A DNA stretch of 51,673 nucleotides, taken from IMG/VR virus record IMGVR_UViG_3300023260_000002, positions 1-51,673 of that record. One strand, given 5' to 3'. Below are positions 28,633 through 36,437 of this stretch, one piece after another. The position numbers and the translations under genes were made by a program. Under the pieces are notes generated by a model that did no database searches, had not been told where the DNA came from, and worked only from the letters and a program-made list of their open reading frames with translations. Source of the DNA: a virus (Duplodnaviria; Caudoviricetes). Position 1 is the first letter of the stretch. Every line of letters starts with the position of its first letter.

Positions 28633-29170
28633 ATACCGGTAAAATTTGTTTCAATACTGTATTCTCATTTCCTATCCACACTTTAACTCCACAGTTTTCA
28701 AGCTGCTCAAATAGCATCTTATAGTAATCGAACTCTATACTAAAACTTCGCTTTCCTGGTGAATAGGTGTGATGGTTTGTCATATCGATGCCCCAAAGGA
28801 TTATCTCTGTTGCACCTTCTCTTACAGCTAAAGTAATTGCTACAAACGGAGAAGTCTTTGAAGAGTAAATGCGGCCTTTTTTATATGTACCTACAAAGTT
28901 TCTAAGTCCAAGCAATTCAGCCTCAGGAAACCACTTCTTCCAGTTGTTATTATGGCAGAAGAACCGTTTAGGCTTGCTGTCGGTGATCACCTTTAACCGG
29001 TCTGTGTATTTATTGTCTAAGCGGGGATGGAATTTAAAAGGAGAATTAACCACAACCAGGTAATCAGTAGGATGACCGAATTTCCAAGCATCATTTACTC
29101 CGATAGAATGACCTCTTGGTATCCAGTCCTTAGCGGTAGAGCCACAGCCTATGATACTATATGTGTTCAT
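28598..29170 (-). CDS. DUF115/Maf/Cst-II-like putative transferase
   Basis: IIGCGST, SIGVND, DYLVVVN, TSPFVAITLA...GATEIILWGIDM. Confidence 0.7.
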   Translation of the reverse strand: MNTYSIIGCGSTAKDWIPRGHSIGVNDAWKFGHPTDYLVVVNSPFKFHPRLDNKYTDRLKVITDSKPKRFFCHNNNWKKWFPEAELLGLRNFVGTYKKGRIYSSKTSPFVAITLAVREGATEIILWGIDMTNHHTYSPGKRSFSIEFDYYKMLFEQLENCGVKVWIGNENTVLKQILPVYEISQVSRMQP

Positions 29171-29412
29171 TTTATTGTATCGTTTACTTTTCTGCTTTTG
29201 CAGAAAGCTAGAGCCATACCTTCATAAAATGTTTCTATTCTTCCAGAAGAATCAATGACCGTTAAAACATGGTGAGAATTTAATCCATGTTCCTCGAAGG
29301 ATATTGCTATAATCCTTACGGGTGATTTCATTTCTGATAGAATATCACTTTCGCTTTTATAGCTCCTTTCATTGCAACTGAAAATGAGAAGCAGGACAAA
29401 TAAATATTTCAT
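29167..29412 (-). CDS. Small lipoprotein
   Basis: MKYLFVLLLIFSC signal with lipobox Cys. Confidence 0.65.
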   Translation of the reverse strand: MKYLFVLLLIFSCNERSYKSESDILSEMKSPVRIIAISFEEHGLNSHHVLTVIDSSGRIETFYEGMALAFCKSRKVNDTIK

Positions 29413-29431
29413 TTCTTACAGTCCTCCAGGA

Positions 29432-29566
29432 TTAGAAACCTTTAAGAAAATTCGCTGCTTTAATCCTCAAACTGAGCAACCACATTTTAAACTGCATCTT
29501 CCAGATTTGACGTTTAGCTTTCCTAGAATCTACTTTGATCTGAATGTTAATAGTTGATGCTGCCAT
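29432..29566 (-). CDS. 44-aa basic hypothetical protein
   Basis: MAASTINIQIKVDSRKAKRQIW...; fills the gap; not in the ORF track. Confidence 0.5.
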   Translation of the reverse strand: MAASTINIQIKVDSRKAKRQIWKMQFKMWLLSLRIKAANFLKGF

Positions 29567-29573
29567 AAAGGTT

Positions 29574-29714
29574 TTATTTTTTACAGTCTTCTAAAATTAG
29601 GTTTCTGATGTATTCGGATTCGGTAACACTTTGTTTTGCAGCCTTATTGTACATGCACTTGTACTCGGAAGGCTTCATTCTGAACTGTACCCGTCTTGTT
29701 CTACGCTCTGCCAT
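29574..29714 (-). CDS. Ribbon-helix-helix transcription regulator (46 aa)
   Basis: MAERRTRRVQFRMKPSEYKCMYNKAAKQSVTESEYIRNLILEDCKK: beta-strand VQFRM, helix, SEYIR helix; not in the ORF track. Confidence 0.75.
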   Translation of the reverse strand: MAERRTRRVQFRMKPSEYKCMYNKAAKQSVTESEYIRNLILEDCKK

Positions 29715-29746
29715 ATTGTTATTTCCTGTGGGCCGGTACTCCTCCT

Positions 29747-29902
29747 ATTCCTACTGCAAGGTCTCATTACGGATAGGCCTTCCCGGCTTATTTTGTCCTC
29801 TCCCCTTACAGGCTCGGGGCATGACAACATTGAATAAATTCCCCTATCAACGGTTTTCGGAGCGACCTCTGCCGAAGGACTAAGCAACTGCCCAGTAGGT
29901 AT
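29747..29902 (-). ncRNA. Candidate structured RNA / leader upstream of the RHH gene and glycosylation cluster
   Basis: Nested helices cctactg/cagtagg, gctta-gtcct/aggac-taagc, ttcgg/ccgaa, cgttga/tcaatg, cccc/gggg; GC-richer than other intergenic DNA. Confidence 0.55.
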
Positions 29903-29923
29903 TATTACTCAAAATTGTCGGTA

Positions 29924-29955
29924 CGAATGTACGTACAGCATACTGGCAAAACAAC
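29924..29955 (-). promoter_or_regulatory. Candidate promoter (TACATTCG -7 variant) overlapped by palindrome TGTACGTACA
   Basis: -7-like box at 29924-29931; perfect 10-bp palindrome at 29928-29937. Confidence 0.45.
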
Positions 29956-31259
29956 TATTCCTCCCTGTATTTGTCTGGGTTCTTGATGAAATCAGAATAG
30001 AATGTTCCAATCATGTAACGCACGTTGTCAAAGAAGTGCCTACCCTCATCTTTTGTCTTTATTAATTCGCCCTGGCCGTCTACTTGAGCATAGACACAAT
30101 CATTTATAGTCTTTTTGCATCCCGCCGTAATTCTGAATTGCGCATGCTGAAGAACCGAACAGCATAAATTACGGGAATCTTTATGTGCCAGGTTTGCAGA
30201 TCTGACTAATAGGTTTCTATCCTGCAATTCAAGATCCTGTTTGATTTGTGTGTAAGCATTAATATTCCCCCGCTTTACTTTCTCCCGGTTGCGCCCGGTT
30301 GCATCGCCTGTAACGTCAATAAAGCCGAGCCAGTGCATGTATTTGACTTTAATGATCTCGTTTATTTCCTCCACAGATCCTGTTTTTACTTCAATTTCAT
30401 CGAAAATAGTCCCTATCCATCCATCTAACTGGCCGACTAGGGCCGTCATTGGCTCAACGTTGAAATCGTATGAGATCAGTATGGGGAGATGTGGATTTGG
30501 TTCGTATTCCGGAATTATATGCTTCCCAAGTGAGAAATTATAGAAATATGGCTTATCTACCGCGAAAGCTGACCAATCGCCGTCAATCATCCTTGCCTTT
30601 GTTAGCGGGTCCAGGTGGGCCGTTACATTGTGCATGTAGAACTCATCATTGAACAGTGCTGGGTTGTCGCTTATCTTAGCGGGCTCGTAAAACCAATCCT
30701 TTGGAAGGGTTCCTACATTGTACCGATCGTAGATCTGTTCCTTTGGCCAGGTCAGAGTTGGATTTACATTGCAAATGATCAGCGGGCGTGGCATTTTGTC
30801 GATTAGATGCCTTCCAGCGCGGACAAAGCAGATATCCAATAGCCCTTTCTGCAGCTCTTCAATCTGTTCAAGCAGGAATCCATTAACTTCCAATCCCTTG
30901 AAACGGTCAAAATCCTTATCATCCTCCCAGTTTTCAGCCATGAACAATATTTGGCTGTCATTGTTGAAGGTGTAAACCTGGTCTTGCTGATTGTATGACT
31001 TTACGAAATTGGTTGGGACTATCTTTTTAAAGCTTTCAAGTGTGGTTCGCTTCAAAGTAGGGACTGATTCACGGATAACACACCATTTAGATTTTGGATA
31101 GGCTTTGCAGAGCAATAGAAGCGTGGCCAGGCAAACATAAGTCTTGCCGCCACCCATTGCACCACCATAGCATAGAAGCGAGTATAGACCCGAGAAAACA
31201 GCTTCTATAAACTCCTGCTGTTTTGGGTAAGGTTTGAAGAAAACGCGCTCAGAATTCAA
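29955..31259 (-). CDS. terL: Terminase large subunit
   Basis: PYPKQQEF, Walker A GGAMGGGKT, Walker B-like FLLEQ, CNVNP, nuclease SYDFN, GDATG, HFFDNVRY. Confidence 0.93.
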   Translation of the reverse strand: MNSERVFFKPYPKQQEFIEAVFSGLYSLLCYGGAMGGGKTYVCLATLLLLCKAYPKSKWCVIRESVPTLKRTTLESFKKIVPTNFVKSYNQQDQVYTFNNDSQILFMAENWEDDKDFDRFKGLEVNGFLLEQIEELQKGLLDICFVRAGRHLIDKMPRPLIICNVNPTLTWPKEQIYDRYNVGTLPKDWFYEPAKISDNPALFNDEFYMHNVTAHLDPLTKARMIDGDWSAFAVDKPYFYNFSLGKHIIPEYEPNPHLPILISYDFNVEPMTALVGQLDGWIGTIFDEIEVKTGSVEEINEIIKVKYMHWLGFIDVTGDATGRNREKVKRGNINAYTQIKQDLELQDRNLLVRSANLAHKDSRNLCCSVLQHAQFRITAGCKKTINDCVYAQVDGQGELIKTKDEGRHFFDNVRYMIGTFYSDFIKNPDKYREE

Positions 31260-31803
31260 TTTTTTGCCCGCCTATTTCCATGATCTGTTTTTCAGGTAAA
31301 AGCAGTCTAAGCTTCTCAGGCTCATTGTAGCCTAACATCTTAGAAATGCTTTCCAGGGCTTTTAATTTATCGAAAAGCTTGATTTTAATATAATCTACCT
31401 GAACTGGTACTTGTTCCTCAGTTTCAGGGTCATATTTGGATTCCATCCTGGTTTGAGTCTCAATCTGGCAGATAGCCGCTTTTTGTTCTGCTGTCAACTT
31501 CTCAAATTCCTTGCGCTCCACCCAGGTATTATGCAGGTCGGCTATTGAGCTATAGGCGATCTTTTCGTACTCACGTAATACCCGTAGTCGGCTTATTCCG
31601 GCTGTTTTTTCAAGATCTGTCTGAATTTCTTTGATGTAAGCCTGTATTTCAGGTTTCTTAAGGTTTTCTGATCCGATAGATCCAGCTGTATCCTTGCTAT
31701 ATCCCGCTGCCTTAGCGGCTCTTGTGGCGTTCCAATCAAATATGTATTCCTCGCAGAATCTCTTTTGTTTCTCTGTAAGGTCTATGGGTTTTGATTCCTC
31801 CAT
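31249..31803 (-). CDS. terS: Terminase small subunit
   Basis: LTEKQKRFCEEY...NATRAAKAAGYS...ENLKKPEI; DKLKALE. Confidence 0.95.
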   Translation of the reverse strand: MEESKPIDLTEKQKRFCEEYIFDWNATRAAKAAGYSKDTAGSIGSENLKKPEIQAYIKEIQTDLEKTAGISRLRVLREYEKIAYSSIADLHNTWVERKEFEKLTAEQKAAICQIETQTRMESKYDPETEEQVPVQVDYIKIKLFDKLKALESISKMLGYNEPEKLRLLLPEKQIMEIGGQKIEF

Positions 31804-31808
31804 AGATT

Positions 31809-31816
31809 CAAATGTA
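31809..31816 (-). promoter_or_regulatory. Promoter -7 box TACATTTG, 5 nt before the terS ATG (leaderless mRNA)
   Basis: caaatgta on the + strand. Confidence 0.6.
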
Positions 31817-31833
31817 ACTAAAATATTAGTTAT

Positions 31834-31871
31834 AAAAAAGGAGAAGCCGCCCCCGGGAAGAGACGACTTCT
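31834..31871 (-). terminator. Intrinsic terminator separating accessory genes from terS
   Basis: On the - strand agaagtcgtctc/ggggcggcttct stem followed by ccT6. Confidence 0.75.
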
Positions 31872-31910
31872 GTAATCCCCACTAGCTATATAAAATTACT
31901 GAAAAACTGT

Positions 31911-32357
31911 TCAATTAATACGCTTTAATACCATTATTTGAGTCTCCTGTACGGGCTCCCCGTATGGTCCGAATTCCTCAATTACCTTAGTTTCAAAGAA
32001 TGGTTCCATGGCTTTAAATATGGAATGCTTCTGTTCCTCGGCAGCCCTGCGCTTCATGTGCTCCATCATCTGCTTGTCGTTACGATCCATCCAGTGCCTG
32101 AATACGACAGACTGGGAACGTATCGTTTCAACGTGGTATTTTGCCTCAGTTACCCTCATTTCAACGTATTCCGTTGGATCTTCCATCAAGAACTCAGGAA
32201 ACTGATTGTACTGAGGGAAGGCCATTACCTCTACGTATTTCTGCTTACGCGATACCTGGATTCGCATGCGCTGACGGGATAACCAGTATCCTGCGTAAAT
32301 CACAAAGGTGATCACCGCAACGATGAAGAACAAAAGGAATAGTATGTAGTAAGTCAT
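31911..32357 (-). CDS. Hypothetical protein with N-terminal TM helix
   Basis: Hydrophobic N-terminus, coupled ORF. Confidence 0.55.
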   Translation of the reverse strand: MTYYILFLLFFIVAVITFVIYAGYWLSRQRMRIQVSRKQKYVEVMAFPQYNQFPEFLMEDPTEYVEMRVTEAKYHVETIRSQSVVFRHWMDRNDKQMMEHMKRRAAEEQKHSIFKAMEPFFETKVIEEFGPYGEPVQETQIMVLKRIN

Positions 32358-32602
32358 GGTTTTTCAGGGAATAGTCCTTTAATGAACTCTGTTTTGTCAG
32401 GGTATTCGTCTTCCGGGCCTCCCATAATTTTGGTGTGCATTGATCCTTCGGATACGTCCCAGGCTAAAGAGGCTATCTCTTTCATAGCGGATAAAATCCT
32501 GTCCTTATGAGCACCGTATATTTTAACTCCATGCTTGTCCAGTATGTCTTCTGCTGTCTCGGGGGTCATGGTTTTACCTGTTTTAGTTTGTTGTGCTTGC
32601 AA
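32354..32602 (-). CDS. Hypothetical protein
   Basis: Likely start MTPETAE; coupled ORF. Confidence 0.55.
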   Translation of the reverse strand: MQAQQTKTGKTMTPETAEDILDKHGVKIYGAHKDRILSAMKEIASLAWDVSEGSMHTKIMGGPEDEYPDKTEFIKGLFPEKP

Positions 32603-32814
32603 ACGTGACTGATCACCTTTTTATAAAGCTTTTGCCTAGCCTTTTCAATTGCACCGTCAGGAAGAAGGCCAGCCAATGAAACGCTTACAAGGGATTCAGA
32701 TACCTTTTGTAAATATCTAACCTCTTTATGATCAAAGGAAAAACCCTGTGCTTCTAGTTGGTTTGCGATAGGGTCAGACAGTGCTCCAAAGTGTAGGCCA
32801 ATTGTTTTGTTCAT
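32566..32814 (-). CDS. Hypothetical phage protein
   Basis: GLHFGALSDPIANQL motif; coupled ORF. Confidence 0.6.
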   Translation of the reverse strand: MNKTIGLHFGALSDPIANQLEAQGFSFDHKEVRYLQKVSESLVSVSLAGLLPDGAIEKARQKLYKKVISHVCKHNKLKQVKP

Positions 32815-33497
32815 AGTTCATCTTTAGGACAATACGGGGGACAGGGGAGGCCGTCTGAGGCGGCTACTTGTAGGGCTGTGTAACCTAGTTTATAGCAGGC
32901 CATCGCGTACCACTCAAATACTCTGTTAAGTTCTCCCGATGGGGAATAATTGAATATTTCCTGTGCTGTAATGTCAGGGGATAATATCTGAGCCTTTACT
33001 ATATGTTCACACATATCTTTCATTGAAAGGCCCTTTTCTGAGGCGGCAAGTTGTTCGGTATTTCCGGACAACTCTCCGGTTTTTCCGGTAGGTTCGATTT
33101 GATTTGGTACATTTTCTTTCATCCATTCCTGTTTTGTTTTTGGAATATAAGGTCCGGCGTTCCATGGATTAGGATCCCATAAGTAACTTTCACGATCTTT
33201 GCTTGCATCCCAAGCCTGGGATAAGAGTTCTTTAAAAGAGAGATACCCTTTCGGGATTAGTTCATACCGTTCAGAAAGGAATTCGAGAATCTTTGAGTAC
33301 GGCTGAATTTTGCCATCATTATGCTCTATGGCATCAGTTAGAGCGGTATCCCAATTTGATTTGTTGTCTTCTGTAGTCATGCACCTATTTTTTAAATAGT
33401 GTTTTTTAAGAGCTTCAGCCTCTTCTACTGTATAAACAGTTTCTCCGTGTTCATTTGTAGTCAAAGATTGTTTTCTTTTAATCAACACTGAAGCCAT
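32811..33497 (-). CDS. Mosaic hypothetical protein
   Basis: 228 aa ORF in a run of same-strand genes. Confidence 0.55.
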   Translation of the reverse strand: MASVLIKRKQSLTTNEHGETVYTVEEAEALKKHYLKNRCMTTEDNKSNWDTALTDAIEHNDGKIQPYSKILEFLSERYELIPKGYLSFKELLSQAWDASKDRESYLWDPNPWNAGPYIPKTKQEWMKENVPNQIEPTGKTGELSGNTEQLAASEKGLSMKDMCEHIVKAQILSPDITAQEIFNYSPSGELNRVFEWYAMACYKLGYTALQVAASDGLPCPPYCPKDEL

Positions 33498-33626
33498 GCT
33501 TTCCCATAACGAACTTTAGATTAGCCCTTTTCATTCTAGGCGTTGAAAGCTTCATTGCCTCTTCCAAAAGATATAAGGCTCTGATGTCGTTGTCCTTTAC
33601 AGGACCCTTTGTTTTAATGTCTATTC

Positions 33627-33866
33627 TCATAAATTTTCTTTAAGCCATTCCTGAAAATTAGTTCTCGTTATCCAATCTTCTCCGGTCCAGTCTTTACCAC
33701 CACCTCCCGCCTCGAAAGCCTTCTCTATCCATTCTAGGCAGACTTTTTCAGCTACTTTCGATACCTCCAATTCAGCTATAGAGGTGCCAAATTGATTTGT
33801 ATTAAGCACTGTGTTTACAGATGAATTTTTAATTGCCTGTAGTATCTGCTCCTGTAGTTTGGTCAT
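33627..33866 (-). CDS. Hypothetical protein
   Basis: 79 aa; KAFEAG...FQEWLKEN. Confidence 0.55.
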   Translation of the reverse strand: MTKLQEQILQAIKNSSVNTVLNTNQFGTSIAELEVSKVAEKVCLEWIEKAFEAGGGGKDWTGEDWITRTNFQEWLKENL

Positions 33867-33932
33867 GGGTTCGAATTTAGTTTTAAAAGTAACCCCCCGT
33901 AAGTACTCGACAAACAGGGGGAGATGTTCACC

Positions 33933-34598
33933 CTATCTCTTGTCTATCGGTAGCTTAGTCCATTTCATGTGGACTGAATCTACTTTCTGCTTAGTGTGCT
34001 TTAGCGTCCATTCTTTAGCTGAAAAGTCATAATAGCCTATTTCGAAGTCGTCCATGTCGCGGAATCCGTTGCGGTCGATCATTACGTAATCCGAATAGTC
34101 AGCTCCTTTACCTGAGCGCTCCGGAATGTCGTTCACTGAATAGAAGTTTGTGAAAACTAATCCGGATGGATTGTCGATCTGAGGTTTTCGCGGCTGAATC
34201 ATCTCTTTCCAGTTCGGATTGTTTCTCCAATCAAAGTACTCCGCTTCGGATGTGTAGGATACATTGCCGTGGCGGTACAGGAGGTAATTACCGAAGTCGA
34301 TCAGGTCTGCAAGTGCATTGTCCTTTTGAACGTAAGGGTCTGACTGGATTGGTCGTTTACACATTACGTGTGTCAGTGTTGATTCCGGGTACACCTCTTT
34401 GAACCATGCCTTAAATACATCATAGCATGCGTCATAATGATCATACGGACCCCTATCTCCTTTATCTGGATTTAGGGCTTTCTGATTCTCAGTGAAGCGT
34501 TGTACATCCTTGTCGGTAACCATTACCAACTGATTGTCGCTGTATTCGATCTTTCCAGTCTCGAACACAAATGAAGCTAAGAATAATAGCTTTTTCAT
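33933..34598 (-). CDS. Hypothetical protein
   Basis: 221 aa ORF after the RHH gene. Confidence 0.6.
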   Translation of the reverse strand: MKKLLFLASFVFETGKIEYSDNQLVMVTDKDVQRFTENQKALNPDKGDRGPYDHYDACYDVFKAWFKEVYPESTLTHVMCKRPIQSDPYVQKDNALADLIDFGNYLLYRHGNVSYTSEAEYFDWRNNPNWKEMIQPRKPQIDNPSGLVFTNFYSVNDIPERSGKGADYSDYVMIDRNGFRDMDDFEIGYYDFSAKEWTLKHTKQKVDSVHMKWTKLPIDKR

Positions 34599-34642
34599 AT
34601 ATGTGTTTGTTCAGTTTATCCGCTGTTCCCCGGTTTATTCTT

Positions 34643-34795
34643 TTATACCAGGTCTTTTACCTTGTATTTAGAGATCTTTGCCATCCCTCTTTCAATGTAC
34701 TCTGTAAGGGATATTTCACGTCTTTTGGCCTGCTCACGTAAATGCTGGTGAAACTCAGGCTTAAATTTAAAGGTATATAGCTTTTTGTTTGCCAT
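34643..34795 (-). CDS. Ribbon-helix-helix regulator (50 aa) at the divergent switch
   Basis: MANKKLYTFKFKPEFHQHLREQAKRREISLTEYIERGMAK...; not in the ORF track. Confidence 0.78.
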   Translation of the reverse strand: MANKKLYTFKFKPEFHQHLREQAKRREISLTEYIERGMAKISKYKVKDLV

Positions 34796-34900
34796 GGCTC
34801 AAATGTAGGCATAAATACGTATATTCAAAAGGCTATACAAAAAATAAAATATTTTCTTTAAAAGACTTGACATGGTATATACGTTCTATTACCTTTACTT
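34796..34900. promoter_or_regulatory. Divergent promoter region with candidate operator
   Basis: - strand TACATTTG at 34800-34807; + strand TTGACA (34867) with TACCTTTA (34890-34897); inverted repeat acgtatat (34817-34824) / atatacgt (34877-34884). Confidence 0.65.
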
Positions 34901-34927
34901 CATAATCACACAGAAACACTATCGCAT

Positions 34928-35152
34928 ATGAAAATGAGAAAATTGGTTTGTACACATAAATACAGAAGGCATAACAGAGAGGGGGTCCCTGTTACGGTCG
35001 GCCCAGCATTCAATAGTATTGTACAACCTGTTGCTCAGACGTTAACGCATTGGTTTTTCAAAGAATATCCAGATGTCCCTTTTGATAAGGAGAACTTTGT
35101 AGATCTGATTAATGACTTCGATCTTATGTCCTACACCAACAAACTTTCTTAA
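34928..35152 (+). CDS. Early hypothetical protein
   Basis: First ORF of the + arm. Confidence 0.55.
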   Translation: MKMRKLVCTHKYRRHNREGVPVTVGPAFNSIVQPVAQTLTHWFFKEYPDVPFDKENFVDLINDFDLMSYTNKLS

Positions 35153-35301
35153 ACAACTGGAATCATGAACTACCTAGACAAAGTAATAAACCTACTGGTA
35201 ACCGGAAAGATAGACTACCGCACTAGTATTAGGCTTAGAATGCAACTTGCCTTTGCAACTAGATACACGAACGCTGTTAAGGAAATTAAAGAACTCAGCA
35301 A

Positions 35302-35487
35302 ATGAAAATATACTTAACAGAATCCGAAGTTATAGAACTGGCCTATGATGCCCTTGACATGAACTGCCCTGATCCGGACAAAGTGCATAGTATTGCTGAA
35401 AGGATGGACATGGTATATGATGAATACCTTGACATGTTTGAAGATGTGGAGGAAGTTTCACTTAGGAAATTAAGGAACAGAGTATGA
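35302..35487 (+). CDS. Acidic hypothetical protein
   Basis: 61 aa, D/E-rich. Confidence 0.55.
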   Translation: MKIYLTESEVIELAYDALDMNCPDPDKVHSIAERMDMVYDEYLDMFEDVEEVSLRKLRNRV

Positions 35488-35563
35488 ATATCCACGCACG
35501 AATGACAAAGAAGCAAGTAAAGGACTTAAAAGCAGTAAGTATAAAAGATAAACAAACTTCACT

Positions 35564-36079
35564 ATGAAAACATCACATACACCAGGACCGTGGAATAAGA
35601 ATTCTGGTAATGGTTGGATTAATGCTAGCGGTTATCGAGAAATCAGAGTTAATGGCAAAACTACTAAAGAACATCGTCACATAATGGAGCAACATTTAGG
35701 ACGCAAATTATTGGCTACTGAATTAGTCCATCATAAGAACGGGATCAAGACAGATAATCGAATTGAGAATTTGGAAATTCAGGAATGGGACGAACATACT
35801 ATTGAACATCACAAAGGCTCAACGCGCAGCGAATATACAAAGCAAACCATGAAAGTTCTAGCCAATTTCAGAGAAGAAAATAAGTCCCTAAAATCCATTA
35901 ATATGGAATTACTGGAAGCGCTTAAAAAAGCTCAACGCTTGTTAAGTATGGCGCTTACAGAAACTTACCGTAAAGAGATCGAACGATTCTTGAGTGGTGG
36001 GTATGCTGAAGCCGTACAAAATGCCTGCCTTAAAGATTCTTTAGGTATTGATGCAGCAATTAAAAAAGCAACTGAATGA
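35564..36079 (+). CDS. HNH endonuclease domain fused within an HTPGPW-type phage protein
   Basis: [14 protein letters not shown]...[17 protein letters not shown]...H; flanked by HTPGPW and ELLEALK...AAIKKAT. Confidence 0.85.
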   Translation: MKTSHTPGPWNKNSGNGWINASGYREIRVNGKTTKEHRHIMEQHLGRKLLATELVHHKNGIKTDNRIENLEIQEWDEHTIEHHKGSTRSEYTKQTMKVLANFREENKSLKSINMELLEALKKAQRLLSMALTETYRKEIERFLSGGYAEAVQNACLKDSLGIDAAIKKATE

Positions 36080-36276
36080 ACTACTTCGATCTTTCAATCG
36101 ACCAGAAAATAAACTGCAAGGGTAACGCCCGCATTCTTTACACTGGATACAATCAAAAGTGGATCAGTGGATTTGAAGGGGCCGAAACTATCCTGATACT
36201 GAAACGTATCTCCCGCCGCGATGCGGAGATCTTCACCCCTAACATGTTGTTGAATAAAAACACTGTACGGATATGA
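36076..36276 (+). CDS. Hypothetical protein
   Basis: Coupled ORF. Confidence 0.5.
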   Translation: MNYFDLSIDQKINCKGNARILYTGYNQKWISGFEGAETILILKRISRRDAEIFTPNMLLNKNTVRI

Positions 36277-36437
36277 TATACAAATACACAGTGCTGACTT
36301 TTGGCCCGCTGCCTGTCGGCGGCTCCCCTCAGCTTAATATAACAAAATTCCCCTGGCTATCCGATGCTGTTAGATTCGCTCTACGACATAACGGAGAGAT
36401 TACTACACCTTTTAATTGTCCTTAAACTATAAAAACT

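Noticed and set aside
20276-29170. Host LPS/capsule locus captured by misassembly, or a prophage flank
   Set aside because: Genes are translationally coupled with phage-type small ORFs inside a circular genome; no wzx/wzy, transporters or housekeeping genes.
29608-29887. ORFs 29608..29883 (+), 29631..29837 (+) and 29675..29887 (-)
   Set aside because: They overlap the better-supported RHH gene and the structured RNA and have no protein-like features.
29760-29900. Cobalamin riboswitch, 6S RNA or pistol/twister/hammerhead ribozyme identity for the structured RNA
   Set aside because: Only short fragments resemble these families (agggaa-like, ctgtaa, gttgctta/taagc); the complete cores are not present in the right order.
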